Source of the DNA: Diadema antillarum | Lineage: Eukaryota | Assembly: GCF_040938485.1 (NCBI RefSeq) | Contig: NW_027271172.1 | Coordinates: forward strand, 4,712,001 to 4,776,000 | Length of the DNA: 64,000 bases | Direction of reading: 5' to 3' | Shown: piece after piece, positions 1 to 12,370 of the stretch | How the letters are laid out: every line of letters begins with the position of its first letter | Position numbering within the stretch: position 1 is the first letter of the stretch | Translations under genes and position numbers: made by a program | Notes under the pieces: generated by a model | Seen by the model: the letters and a program-made list of their open reading frames with translations, nothing else | What the model was told of the DNA's origin: nothing | The model's database searches: none

Positions 1-2340
1 AGTTTCAACCAACTGTCGGTTTACTTAACTACAACAAGACAAACTAGTTTTACACAACAAAAACAGTTACACAATAAAGCATACAAGGTCATGTACGCAG
101 GTGATGCTAAGAAGGAAAAACAAAGAAGAAGGGGACAGCGATAATGAAAGATGGTGAGAAAGAACAGGAGAGAGAGAGAAATACAAAGACTCCTCGTTCA
201 CTGTACAATAACACACTGTGCAAATACAACACTATTGCAGGTGCATACACCCTGTTGCCAGGTAACGGCTGGGTGTAGCAACGTACGGACCAGTTACATC
301 TGTATATAAAAATAGAGAAACATTCCATGGCATGCCTACAACAGAAGGCAGAGTACAACATAGAATGAAGATGCTTCAAGTAACAAAAGAAATTCATGTT
401 CTGGATATATTAATTAAGTCACTGATATTTAGCAACAAGCATATGTTTAACAAATCTTTTGAAGGAACCAATCGTGCGAATTGCACGGGACTGAGATGGT
501 AAAGAATTCCATACGTCTGGGCCAGTGTGCCGAATTGATTTTTTAGCTAAACAAGTTCTGGGATTTATAAGATGAATATTGGAGGCATTTCTTGTAGGGT
601 AGGAGTGGATTTGTTTATTGAGTTGGAAAATATTCATGAAATAAGAAGGTAAACACTGAATGTTGTAGCGAAACATGAAGGTAGCAGTCTGTAAAAAATT
701 AATGTCATCAATTTTCAGAATTCTATGCTTTTGAAATATTGGGTCTGTGTGAGCTCTATAATCAGTCCCAGCACAAATACGCATGGCTTTCTTTTGGAGC
801 AAAAATATTGAATTTGTACTACTGTATGAAGTTGCCCAGACAATGTTGCAATAATTTGTATATGGCAAAACGAGTGAGTTATACAATACAAAAAGAGTTT
901 CTACCGGAAGAAAATACCGTAATTTACGTAGAACACCAATATTGCGTGCAATAGGATTTGATATATGTCTGACATGATCAGACCAATTTAGATATTCATT
1001 AATAACAACACCCAAAAATTTTATACATGATTTTTGTTCAATTGCAATATCATCTATGAGTAACACATTATTTTCTGGATCATGATTTGTTCTTCTATAA
1101 CCTTTAAAATGAATAAAACTCGTTTTCGACAAGTTGAGAGATAACACGTTGCTCCGGAACCAACGTGACAATTTCGGTAGTTCAGTATTCAGTTTCGAAA
1201 TAAGACTATTGTAATTAGCATGGGAAAAGAATACATTGGTATCATCGGCAAAGAGAATATATTGCAATGAATCTGACACATTAACCAAATCATTTACATA
1301 TATCAGGAATAAAAGCGGGCCTAAAATGGATCCTTGGGGGACACCACATGTTAACGGAAGCAAAGTAGATGAATGAGAATCGTGAACAGTATATTGATAT
1401 CTATTTGATAAGTAACTAAGAAACCAATCAAGGGCGACGCCCCGTACACCATAATACTGCAATTTGGAAAGTAAGATACCATGATCTAGAGTATCGAACG
1501 CCTTGCTGAGGTCCATAAACACGCCTATCACGTGCTTATGGTCCGCCAAGGCGCTCGATACTCTGTCGTATAGTTTCAAGAGTGCAGCATCAGTGGAATG
1601 GGCTTTACGGAAACCATACTGATCAGGATTAAGCAAATTATTGCGTGTGATAAAATCATCAACTCTGTTATACACAATTTTTTCAAGAATCTTTGAAAAG
1701 GCAGGCAGAATAGAAATGGGGCGGTAATTCGATATATTTAAAGGATCATCCTTTTTATGGATTGGTAACACCTTAGCTACTTTAAATGACTGTGGATATA
1801 CACCTGTAGATAATGAAAGGTTGAAAATATATACCAGTGGTGTCAAAACATATCGTATTATTTTCTTCAATAAATGTGAGCTTTGACCAATTCCGGTAAA
1901 ATACTCATTAAATTTATTTGCAATTGTTAATGGTGTGTCATATGACACTTCTTCAAAAAATAACATATCAATCTTATTAACACGACCTTTATTCAAAATT
2001 TCTTTGATTACTTTCCAAGTAGAATTAAAATTATTTCTAACTTTTACAAGTCTATTATGAAAATATGATTTGCGAGATGCCCTTATTATTTCTGTCAATT
2101 TATTTCTATATTTCTTATATCTGTCAAAACATTCTAAATCGAATCTATTATTTATATGCAATTTATATAACATATTCCGTCTCTTAATTGACCTCAGAAC
2201 ACCATTCGTGATCCACGGGTGCTTTTTCTTCTGTTTAACATTCATTTGTCACACGAAAAGAACAAAATAGCATTCTGATTTTGATATGACAGCTTTCCTT
2301 CATAAAATGCACGGATACTTAGTCTCACAATATCATTATG
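1..2340 (-). mobile_element. 5'-truncated non-LTR retrotransposon (L2/CR1 group LINE): RT-bearing part of ORF2 plus 3' UTR running off the window start
   Basis: ORF 419-2245 has LINE RT motifs: HPWIT, NYRPISILPAFSKILEK, QYGFR, DLSKAFDT, GVPQGSILGPLLF, LFADD, KFLGV. No endonuclease domain, so 5' truncated. The 5' boundary is approximate. Confidence 0.9.
419..2245 (-). pseudogene. LINE ORF2 reverse transcriptase fragment (608 aa) with an in-frame internal deletion
   Basis: ORF track translation. EYFTGIGQS joins directly to SHLLKKII, lacking the ~50-aa linker seen at the same place in the LINE at 38061-39260. Confidence 0.85.
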
Positions 2341-3200
2341 TATCTCACGTTTTCGGATGCCTCGACGCTTGTGTGAGCCTACACAACATCTAATGGATAC
2401 TGTGTATATTGCATGTTATAGGCGACTATCCTACATCATGAAATTGTCGGAGTTGCATTGGCCGAAAACTTCTCATGTGACTGAAAATAATTCGTCAATA
2501 GTAATAACTGATAAGGCTTGCATCACCTGAATAATTATCTGACGTCACTTTTTTTGTAAAAAACAACAACGAGTATTTATATAGTTATAAATTGATATCG
2601 CAATCGCCTTTGCAATGAGGCTAGGGTGCTGAGCGTAGCGGCAATCGCGAGCGTCTGCACTGCAAAAGCACTGTGCTGTGCATGCAGCATTGTAATGCTG
2701 CACTGCACACGGCATGCGCTGCATGGAGTGGATAGTGGCTCTACTCGGTAATATATGGGTTGCACTAGCAGGAAGTAGCACAACCCCACTCAACCAATTT
2801 CCATGGTTGTGTGATAAATATCTACCACGAATAACGGAAACATGACGCTTACAGACATGTGGAATCTAACATTGCAAAAATGTTGTTTTTAGATTATTTT
2901 TAAAAATGCATAATTGGCTTGAGGTCTCACCCAGGCTCTAACGTAAGATCTCTTCGATGCCCCTCTCTCCTTTAGTCTTCTACGTTTATAGAGATAGAAC
3001 CAGTACAAAAATAGTCAGCAGCAGCAGCAGCATGCAGAGACAGCAATGTCAGTATAGTCCATCGAGGAGCAGTAGCAATATAACGTGACAAGCAGACTAC
3101 AATCCCATCACAGAAAGGGTATTACTTTTGGCAAGAAAATGCTAACAGATCTATCACATACTTTAGACCACGAAATGAAAAAAAAAAACAACAACAAACT

Positions 3201-3206
3201 TTTATT
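3201..3206 (-). promoter_or_regulatory. Candidate polyadenylation signal (AATAAA) of the SLC16-family gene
   Basis: TTTATT on the + strand ~280 nt downstream of the TAA stop at 3485-3487. Motif match only. Confidence 0.3.
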
Positions 3207-3484
3207 CCTATATTCTCCTCAACATACAAGTGTCAAAACACCGAAGCTTCACGTCTTTTTTTATTTCTTCGTTAACTGAGCCATGCATTTAGAGAAAAAC
3301 ATGGCGTTGTTGCTGCGCATGCATTCTACGTATACATAGGTCATACGTCTTAACTTTGAGGCAAGACGACGCATTATACTGTACTCTTATACACATCTAC
3401 TCAACCCACAGTCCCAGAACTTGACAATATTATATGTTTTTAAATACATTAAAACAAAGTTCAACTTGAGTCTTGGGAAAGAGA

Positions 3485-3633
3485 TTAGGAAGTTGTTTCG
3501 CTGGTTCCTTGGTCATTTTTGCGTCTTCTACAGTAGTGCCAGTAGGAAGGAGCCAGCAGCAGCGAAGTGGCGACCGACAGTCCACCGAGAAACACAAACG
3601 TGATGTCGTAGCCGAACTTCGACGCAATGTACC
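3485..3633 (-). CDS. SLC16/MCT-family MFS transporter, coding exon 5 (last): GYIASKFGYDITFVFLGGLSVATSLLLAPSYWHYCRRRKNDQGTSETTS*
   Basis: Acceptor atttcaatag|GG at 3633, phase 1, matches exon 4. Encodes TM12 and a basic tail. TAA stop at 3487-3485. Not in the ORF track in this frame. Confidence 0.9.
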
Positions 3634-4140
3634 CTATTGAAATGATGTAAGTATATGGGTACATTTTAAATACATGAGGACGTTTATGCGTGTTCCAAAG
3701 AAGTCAAATGAAATTTGTAGTCACTTTTCCCAGGGGAGATGCGTCTCAATTGAATGTACTCGTCACTTGCTTGTCATCTACATCACTCTGTCTCTAATAC
3801 TTCTACTGTCCTTGTTGAAGTTGTACTGATGATAAGAATTATGAATGAAGATTGCGACAATGACGAAAATGAAGGCAACAAATTAGTGTTTACATTCCTG
3901 ATTTCCACCATGGATAACGTGGTTATATCTGGTTCTTACGAAGAGCTAATTACTACTCTTCTGTCTGAGTTTCTGGGTGCTCAATTCACAGGGAAGAAGG
4001 AAGAGAGAACAATATAGTGCAGTACAATAACTAGAATCTCTAACTCTATTTCATTTCTATACTACTTCATGCTTATTCTTCAATTTTGTGTAACTCGTAT
4101 ACGCACTTTCTTCTCTGGATTGATATTTTGCTTAGCTTAC

Positions 4141-4231
4141 CTGCGGCAAATCCTCCAACGGGTTCGGAGCAGCCGTAGGCAAGGCAGCTTAGCCCGTAGA
4201 CGGTTGGGAAACGCGAGGGGTGGATGTTGTC
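4141..4231 (-). CDS. SLC16/MCT-family transporter, coding exon 4 (91 nt): DNIHPSRFPTVYGLSCLAYGCSEPVGGFAA(G)
   Basis: Acceptor ccatatag|GAC, donor GCAG|gtaagc. Phase 0 in, phase 1 out. Resembles the MCT TM10-11 loop and TM11 (RF..xYG....G...P..G). Confidence 0.9.
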
Positions 4232-5111
4232 CTATATGGAAGGAGTAATAAAAGAGAAAGAAAACAAAGAGGAAGAAAAATACGCAAATCAAAGCTGCTC
4301 TCAGGTTTAAGTAAAAAATAAAAGCAAGCTGGTGGCTAAACAGGGTGAGATATGGCTTTATTTCATGGAAACAAAGGACCGATATCCAATATTGGAAACT
4401 ATAATGTCAAAGAAAGATAGGAGCCTTCTGGCAGCTAGTTTTTGTTACGGGAGATCCTTCCGTGTTCAAAGAAAAAATGAAAAAATAAAACAAAAAACAA
4501 AAACACTGATAACCTTTCATCTAAACTAATGGTTACAACATACCTAACAAAGAATTGTGCCCAAATTGCACAATAAGTATCGGACTAAGAGCAACATTCA
4601 TATCTTAAGAATGAATTAGAACAACCCGACACACTGGGGCTGGAAAATCCATCACATTTTTCAGTTTCGTCAAAAATTCAATCATTTCCACTTGTTTATG
4701 AAAAACTTTGAGGAGAGTGTAAGTCGTTTTCACAGTGACAAAGTACGTCCTCGTCAATCTCGTTATCAGATAATGTTGTCATGACTGCCAACAGTCACAC
4801 ACCAAAATTAATGATGTTCCAGAGAGCTTTGAGGGAAGCACACTTGCATGATACACGTATTTCAACAGGCAACAGTTATTTCCTACTCAGGGAGGCTTTT
4901 TTATTCTTTGGTCAGAACATACAGAATTAGTTAATATATTAGGGAGCTACCTGCAGAATCAGGAAGCTTGCACCTCTGCAGATACAAAGAAATCAACAAC
5001 AAAATCTAGATATTCTTTCACCTACACAGGCATCAAAGGAGATTGGTCCGCCATATCTTCAATATGGACGCCTTTAACATAGAAAATGCAAAACTTCAAA
5101 AAGCCACTCAC

Positions 5112-6181
5112 CTTCAGCATTATCATTGTAAGAACAGTCTGCATACCGAAAAAGATCCCATTCATGAAAGCTGCTACAGCAAGGACCTCGAAGGAAGCGA
5201 GAAGGGGATCCACAAACAAAACCACGCTGTTGAGAAGAGCCAAAATCATGAACAGACCTATTGAGGTCACGAAGCCGCGATGTACCAACGGTCCCTGGCC
5301 GAAGCGACCGATGGTGTCGCCACTGCCGGCGAACAGCGAGAGTAGAACGGCACGGGAGAGGTCGATGTCCTTGGCAACCGTGTGGGGGAGGAGGAAGATG
5401 TACCAGGCCGTAGATATCATTCCGTACAGAAAGGTGATTAGGAAAATGAAGTTCATGTACGGTTCGTCGCGACATAGTGACAAGTCCAGCGATGACCACA
5501 GCCAGCGGAGTGGACGGAGAAAAGTGCAAAACAGTTTACGCCTTGTAGAATCGCTGCGGCTCCCATGAACCACAGAGGGCGCTTCAGTATAGTCATCATT
5601 GATAGTAGGACGCTCCTGCGTTTTCCCGTCTCCCTCACTCTCTGTTCCCCTAGGTGGATCATCTTTTTCTTCTTTCGGTTGACGAAATTGAAGACATGCG
5701 ACATTGGCGACACTGCCTCCGCCCGAGAGATCGTTTACATCTCTTGCAAGGAGAAGATTAGGCCAAGATGCGAAGCGTCTTTGGATGTCGAGGTACTCCA
5801 CGTTAACTGATCCTACTCCAATGGTTGACGAATGCAGAACATTCTCTTTCCGCAGAGGAGCTTCCAAATAGTTTGCTGTAACCACTTCGCATTTGTCGCC
5901 AATCGGTGCGTATAGGGCGGTAGCTGCCCTCCTGAATTTCTGTATAGTTTCTGGATGCCTTAGTAGAGCACATAGCATGACGGTGTTTAGGGCTATACCC
6001 CCAAGCAGGAGGATCGCTCCTCTCCAGCCGTAAGCCTCCAGGAGGACCTCCGTTACCAGGGGCAACACCATGCTCAGGGCACTTCCCATGTCACTGATGC
6101 CAAATGCCAGAGCGAAGTGTTTGTCGAAGTGTTGGCTGAATGCAACGACACTGAGCATGGAGACAACCGAAAATCCAACAC
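5112..6181 (-). CDS. SLC16/MCT-family transporter, coding exon 3 (1070 nt; TM4-TM10 with a large central loop)
   Basis: Lies within ORF 5022-6206. Acceptor ttctgcag|GT, donor AAG|gtgagt. Motifs: YGWRGAILLLGG..LN...CALLR, GDTIGR, hydrophobic helices. Confidence 0.95.
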
Positions 6182-6234
6182 CTGCAGAAGAAATGAACAA
6201 CGACATGGTAATGACAATAAAACGAGATGTTAGA

Positions 6235-6322
6235 ATAGACGGACGGATGAACGGACGGACGAAAGAACGACCAAAACCCCAAACAAATTACCTCAGGCAC
6301 CCATCGAAGAGAAGGCATTAAA
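6235..6322. repeat. Degenerate (GGAC)n microsatellite with a HINE-like end remnant
   Basis: gacggacggatgaacggacggacg followed by a degraded version of the terminus seen at 29300-29350. Confidence 0.4.
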
Positions 6323-6930
6323 ACGGAAATCACAAGTCAGATACGATTGGCAAAAGCAAGACATACACTGACAACTTCGTGGCATATTTACATTTCTGAT
6401 GAACAAATCAGGCTCTTCTAAATTTGCCATTACTATTTCCTAATTCTATATCAGCAGATGATTAATACTTGAATTAGGTGTTTTTTTTCATCTTTGTTTT
6501 TTGGTAGAACAGTGGCAACACTAAAGAAGCTACTAAAGAAGCTACCCTGGATAAAGAAGACCTTATTATCATTGTCATTAAAACATGGGTGCTATGACGA
6601 CTCGAATGAATATTTTACCGATATGAAAATGAGGAACATTTGTATGTCGACTGTTTGCATGCCTACAAGCTAATTTTCAAGGAAACACATGCCCCACCAG
6701 GAAATGAAAAATAACTAAAATAAACCAATACAAAAGAATAGAAAATCTATCATAACCGTCATCTTTTAAATCAGATTCAGATCAGCAGATCATTCAACAT
6801 TTTTTTTTTTTAGAAATAGAGCTGAGAGCATCGATGAATTCATATTGCTTTCGAGTATCTTCTATCTTAAAAAGATGTAATGGCATATTCCCAAACCTCA
6901 ACCATAGAATAGCGTCATGCGTATAACTCC

Positions 6931-7050
6931 TGTGTATGAGTGTGAGTGTGTGTGTTTGAGTGTGAGTTCGAGTGTGAGTGTGAGTGTGAGTGTGAATGTG
7001 AGTGTGAGTGTGAGTTTGTGTGTGTACGTGTGTGTTTGTGCGCGCGCGCA
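6931..7050. repeat. (GTGTGA)n/(GT)n microsatellite
   Basis: Visible directly. Explains the His/Thr-rich spurious ORFs at 6794-7123. Confidence 0.9.
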
Positions 7051-7609
7051 CGTAAACACGACGCCAATCTTGAATGGAAATCGGAGGAATTATCATGCTT
7101 CAAGTTTCTGTAGTATCAAGTGAAATATTGAGAACGACAGGTGAATTTGCGAGTAATACTCATAGTGAGAATTTTCTTTCTCTGTTTAGAGTTTTGGATT
7201 CATATATTGTCCTTGTCCTCTCATTTGACTCTGCATGGTTACTACTCGTACAAAGAGTGGAAGAGAGAAATGATTCTTCATAATTATCTACAGATTTGTA
7301 TTTTTGCCTGTACTATTCATGATTACCGACGACTAATTTGACCTCTTTCACCTTACTTCTGTGTGTAACAGCCTGCTCAATCTTGAAACTTTCGTTAAAT
7401 TTACGGAACAGACGGAAGTTACTCTTCCGTCTGGAGTTACAATCGTTTCCGAACCCAGCCACGCTTGGGAAAGAGGAAGCATTCTTTGAGTCAAAGGTGA
7501 TTTTGTTTTTTTTTACTCTCACATTGACTTTTGACTCAAACGAGGATTTTATTACTTATGAACTAGTTTAATGGTACTTTGTAATACTTATTTACGATCT
7601 TCTTTATCC

Positions 7610-7740
7610 GGGGTGGCCTCTTCTGTCTTGCCAATATTGCTCTACCATGTGAGAGGACCCTGCCATTATTATTACCTCCCAGGTGCGCATTTATACACCT
7701 GGGTTGAGAGGGACACGGTGGTTAAGAACAGATGACTAAT
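7610..7740 (+). mobile_element. Possible Deu/Nin-domain SINE remnant
   Basis: ccaggtgcgcatttatacacctgggttgagaggg resembles, from memory, the conserved SINE central domain CCAGGTACCCATTTATACAGCTGGGT. Not verified by search. Confidence 0.3.
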
Positions 7741-8111
7741 ACAACTGTAACGGTTTCTACGCTTGTACTCCATGGTCAGATAGATATTTTGTTCGCTTAT
7801 GACTTCTATATCTTAAAATGTAGTTTATGCATGCAACATCCTTTTTACCCTGAGCATCCATAGATATCTTTCATAGGGGAGTCTTTCCGCTTTATCAGTC
7901 TTATGAAAGCGCTTGTCACATTAAATGATTTATCTCGGGTCAGTAGTCTTATAGCGTTCCCAGGTACCCATTTATCTTTGGTCAGTAGTGTGACTCGCGA
8001 AAAATAAACTCATACAAGTTTACTCACATCTTTATTGCAAAGACTGCTACATTGTATTGACAGTTACAAAAGCCTTGACCGGGGATTGCTCAGTATATCA
8101 ACGACTAATAA

Positions 8112-8644
8112 GGCCAAAAAAAAAAGTTGTATTGGCGTAACATGAGATTTTCAAATAGGGTCGGGCGGGCGTTTTTTTTTCCTACCTGCATTTTACGTGT
8201 AAAACTCGAGCTCAGCTCAGTAAACAGTTACAACTGCTGCACCGAATGTGTTGTGTTCATCTATTCTACAAATCATTTATGAGGCCGATATTACTGGAAT
8301 TATACCCCTTCACAGAATGTAAAGATGTTGAAATCCCTATCCCGAATGTTTTCACTTCATATTTTACTATTTTGACTTAGATAAGATAGATGCAAATTGA
8401 CCCATATGTACGATCTTTTCATCGCACACGGCGATCTCTATTACAGTCCCACATACAGATTCGTGTAAGTTGTCCACACAAGAAACCTGTGGCAAAACTG
8501 TGCACAATACATCTCAGTCTGAATGCTAAGTATACACTGAATAAATCTTGTTAGAGTACGCGTCCGTGTTGGAAACAGACCACGTACTGATCAAGCGAGG
8601 CTATGCGAGGCGCTAGATCTCTCCCTCGTACATCCGATGTAGTA
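8112..8644 (+). mobile_element. Left half of a PIF/Harbinger-type MITE (TAA target duplication) split by a large insertion
   Basis: TAA|ggccaaaaaaaaaagttgtattggcgtaac at 8112 is an imperfect inverted repeat of gttacgccaatgcaacaattttttttttgggcc|TAA ending at 25363. Both halves carry agggtcgggcggg. Confidence 0.7.
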
Positions 8645-8684
8645 CGGAGCCCGTAAGGGGACATGGCAAGAAATATTTTTCCTA

Positions 8685-8853
8685 AGTCGTTCCCTCGACT
8701 TACTAAGTCGTTCCCACGACTTACTAAGTCGTTCCCTCGACTTACGTAAGTCGTTCCCACGACTTACTAAGTTGTTCCCTCGACTTACGTAAGTCGTTTC
8801 CTCGACTTACAAGTCGTTCCCTCGACTTACGTAAGTCGTTCCCTCGACTTACT
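8685..8853 (+). repeat. Subterminal tandem array of ~19-22-bp palindromic units AAGTCG-TTCCC(T/A)-CGACTT plus a short linker
   Basis: About 8 copies read directly. Confidence 0.9.
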
Positions 8854-11017
8854 AATTCATGCATAAAGATGCTCCATAGCTCAATGTGTTGTGTCTCTCC
8901 TGTGGTTGAGGTCTGCTGTGCGATCGCTGGAGATTCAAAACGGGGTAAGTTAAAAAATTGTCGATTTTGATCCCATTATTTGCTCATTTTGTCTTGTATT
9001 GAAAAAGAGCTAGTTCCTTAGACTTACTTTTTATAGGAATTTTCGTGAAAATGAGAAAGATGTGTTTCCTAGAACTGACAAAGTTGTGGCCGTCGCGAAC
9101 ACTCTGTGGGCACACAGTTCATCTATAATAGTCCCACACATAGCTTTTTGTGTTGGCATTTTTGTTGTTGCATTGGCAAGCTCCTTTTTTTTTTTCTGCT
9201 GCCAGGGCTCTATGTCTAGTACAGTATAGGCTAGCTTTGAAAGAAAAAAGAAAATCGGAAAAAGATCGATATCAACCAGACTTTCTGGAAGTATGAAAGT
9301 GTGAAAAGGACGTTAAAATAATGTTCATTGTCAAAAACCGCTACTTTCAAGCAGGATTCAGGAGCCACGGTGGAGTGCTGGTGCATGGTGATCCGTACCG
9401 TGATTTGCTAGGCCTACTGCTAAAGGGCTACGGCTAGCTACGCCTATAAAGGATAATTACCTGGTACATAGGGCCTACCGGTACCTAGTTAATTACTACC
9501 ATATACATAGGCCTACCCCACCCCGTGGCCTCATTCCCCTCCTGTACATGATTGTATAGGCCCTACAGATCATGGTGTAGGCTAGTTATTTCGTAATTAT
9601 ATACTGTCCATGCGACACGAAAGCTTGCTTAATTTTTTGAAGGATCAATTGAAATCTTAGAATTCAGTGTTGACTTGCTGGATCAATGAAAAGCTAGGAC
9701 TTTAACAATGAACAAATGCCAAGTATACATCTGTTTGTTGTTGTTGTTGTTTTTTTTTTGGTGGGGGGGGGGAGGGAAGAGAAATTGAATCATATCCATA
9801 GCAAGTAGCTGAAAGTGATCAGAGATGCAATGATAGTACTGTGGTGTTAAAGTGTATTAGACATTGCCAGTAAAACCTTAAGTTTTGTAATACAGTGTGT
9901 AGGTATATACTGACTATAGCCACCATGTCTGGCATTTCAGACAAGAAGCGTTCGATAAGATCAGCAAACTGACTGTAGGATATCCAGGCAAAAATATTTA
10001 TCAGTGCTTTTGTTGAAAACAAGTGGTTGAAGGGGTATTCGTTGAAAGCTACAATGGCCTGGATTTCCAGTGATTTACTTGATGGAGTCATATCTATGAG
10101 TACAACAAACTGACTTCTTTATGCTCTTTTGTTTGTGGAAAGAACAAATAGTCCTTGTTAAAATGCATCAAAACAAATGGTATCCGGACACTTACCAATT
10201 TGATACCAGAGTTTGCATAGTAGGCCTACTCTACTACTTTCAATAAAAGGTGTGTGCCAACCTATAGTGTAGTTGTATGTAGGCCTACTCAAGCCCCAAG
10301 TCATGGTGACCTCTGGATTTAGGGGATGAAGAAACGTGAGAGGAGAGTGCTTGCAATAGGCAGGGCACATGAGGGCCTGATGGATATAGGATGTACAATG
10401 TATATAAAGTATTTCAAAAATAGATTTTTGTACATGTCTGCATATGAATATGAGTGGGGGCTGATGGATTGATGTACAGTCAACCGTGCCTAAGTCGAAT
10501 TTATTTGGACTAAAGAAATAGATTCGGCTTCAAAAATTTTTTTGGCTTTTTAGGGATCAAATTTAATAGAATATAAAGGGAAAAGGATGTGAAAAGATTG
10601 TAGACTTTGGTGATCATTTGACTTTAATATGCAAGGTGAATGACTGTATAGAGTGTTCAATTGTTACAGAGGGGATTATATGAAAGCAGTTCAAAGAATG
10701 TTCTTACATTATGGTAATATTGAGAAAAAAGTGTCTGCTTCTAAACATCAACTGTCCATTTTGTTCCTACATTGATTGTTTGCAAATTCTCATTCCTCTT
10801 TTGTACTGCATGATAAGACAATTTTAGCTATTTTATCAACAGGCAAAGGAAGAAAAAGAGGGGAAAAAAACATGTTTCTTCATGGCCGAGACTCATACCA
10901 GCATAAGAATTCCAGCTAGTGCACACAGACAGTAAGTGAACATTGTAAATTGTACAATTATTTCTAGTTATAGAGAGAGAATGAAAAGTTAAGGACCTCA
11001 CAGCTTGAAATGTTTAT

Positions 11018-11793
11018 GGGCAATTCCGCGGTTAGTAACGTTACATTTGAACAAATTTAGATATTTGTTTTTACTACAAAATTACCATTTATTCATTTCA
11101 AGTCAAAATTATGTCAAAAACATATTCATCCTTCCCATGTTTATGATACAGAAAAGAATGAATACAATCCAAGAAATATTAGAATTGCTATGGCAACTTA
11201 AAGGGCTGGTTAGTAACGTTACGAAAAAAGGACATGACAAAAAAATCAATGTCTTGTAACAAAAAGTGTGCAAAAATTCAAGTTACTTCAAACAAAGTGT
11301 TGCATTAATTTCAATTATTGCATCATGACAAATTTTCATGCAAATTTTTTTTAGCAGTTCCACCGATAATTTTTTAGTTAGACCCCCAAAAGCATGGTTA
11401 GTAACGTTAGGGTTAGTAACGTTACATTTGTCCGGAGTAATTCCGCAGGTCATTTCACCCTTTTGTAATTGACAAAATGTCACATGACTTCTGCAGTATT
11501 TAAATGTATTCATCTTTTACCCTTTAGCAAAGCTCTGAGGAGAAAATTTCAAAGGAACCCCATGTAATTTGCATTTAAGTGAATTTCAGCATCCCCAGTC
11601 CCACATGTACATTTTAGATGATGGTTTTAGATCTCGCAAAATCAATGAATACGAAAAATAAAATCTACTGAATTTGAAAGACCTTAATGATTGATGAACA
11701 TCCATGGCATTAGTTGATACCTAAATCAAGGAGTAAGATAAAGAGGCACATTTCTTTTATCCATGTCATGTCCACCTAACTGCGGAATTGCCC
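11018..11793. mobile_element. Non-autonomous DNA transposon (MITE, possibly Kolobok-like), 776 bp
   Basis: TIRs gggcaattccgcggttag / ctaactgcggaattgccc (17/18). TTAT on both flanks. Internal ggttagtaacgtta repeats at about 11030, 11208, 11397 and 11411. Confidence 0.75.
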
Positions 11794-12370
11794 TTATAGA
11801 TTGATTTGTTGGAATCGGTCTGTATTGTTTTAGGATAACTTCTTATATGACTTCTCATTTGAGGATACTTGTACATCTGTGACTTTATTTTACTGAACAA
11901 GAAAATGTACAGCATGGCATAGTTTATGAATAAAGAAGACTTCACAGCAGTTCATTCAAGATTGTAAGCAAAAATGATGCAATGAAATCTACATAACACA
12001 AATTTACCAATAATGAAAGGAGTGTTTAGTACAGTAATAGCTTATATTGTGTTTACTAAAGAGTTTGGACATTCAAATTTCTTCATAAAGCCCTCTGAAA
12101 ACTGAAAATGCTCTACATGTCCTGACAGAAGTACAGGCCTTCATGATTCAGGTACATTGTGTAATTTTGGCGCATGAAGTTGCATGTAATACTCATCAGT
12201 ATCTTAATACTGATTGTTATGTGAAATTTCCCTCATTTTTAAATGAAGATATTGGCACCATCATACCTTTATACAAAACACCTTTTAGATCTCCACAAAA
12301 TGGCTTTTTGAGTGCAATGTTGCCATTTTTATTTTCAATTGCTTATTCCTTCAATATTTCTTATATCATG

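Noticed and set aside
5022-6206. 394-aa ORF as a stand-alone gene
   Set aside because: Its first and last residues are intronic; splice sites at 6181 and 5112 link it in phase to four other exons.
6794-7123. His/Thr-rich ORFs (also 15328-15712 and 28965-29330)
   Set aside because: Microsatellite translations.
8685-8853. CRISPR array (also 24952-25160)
   Set aside because: Linkers are 2-4 nt and non-unique, there are no cas genes, and the context is a eukaryotic intron next to a TIR.
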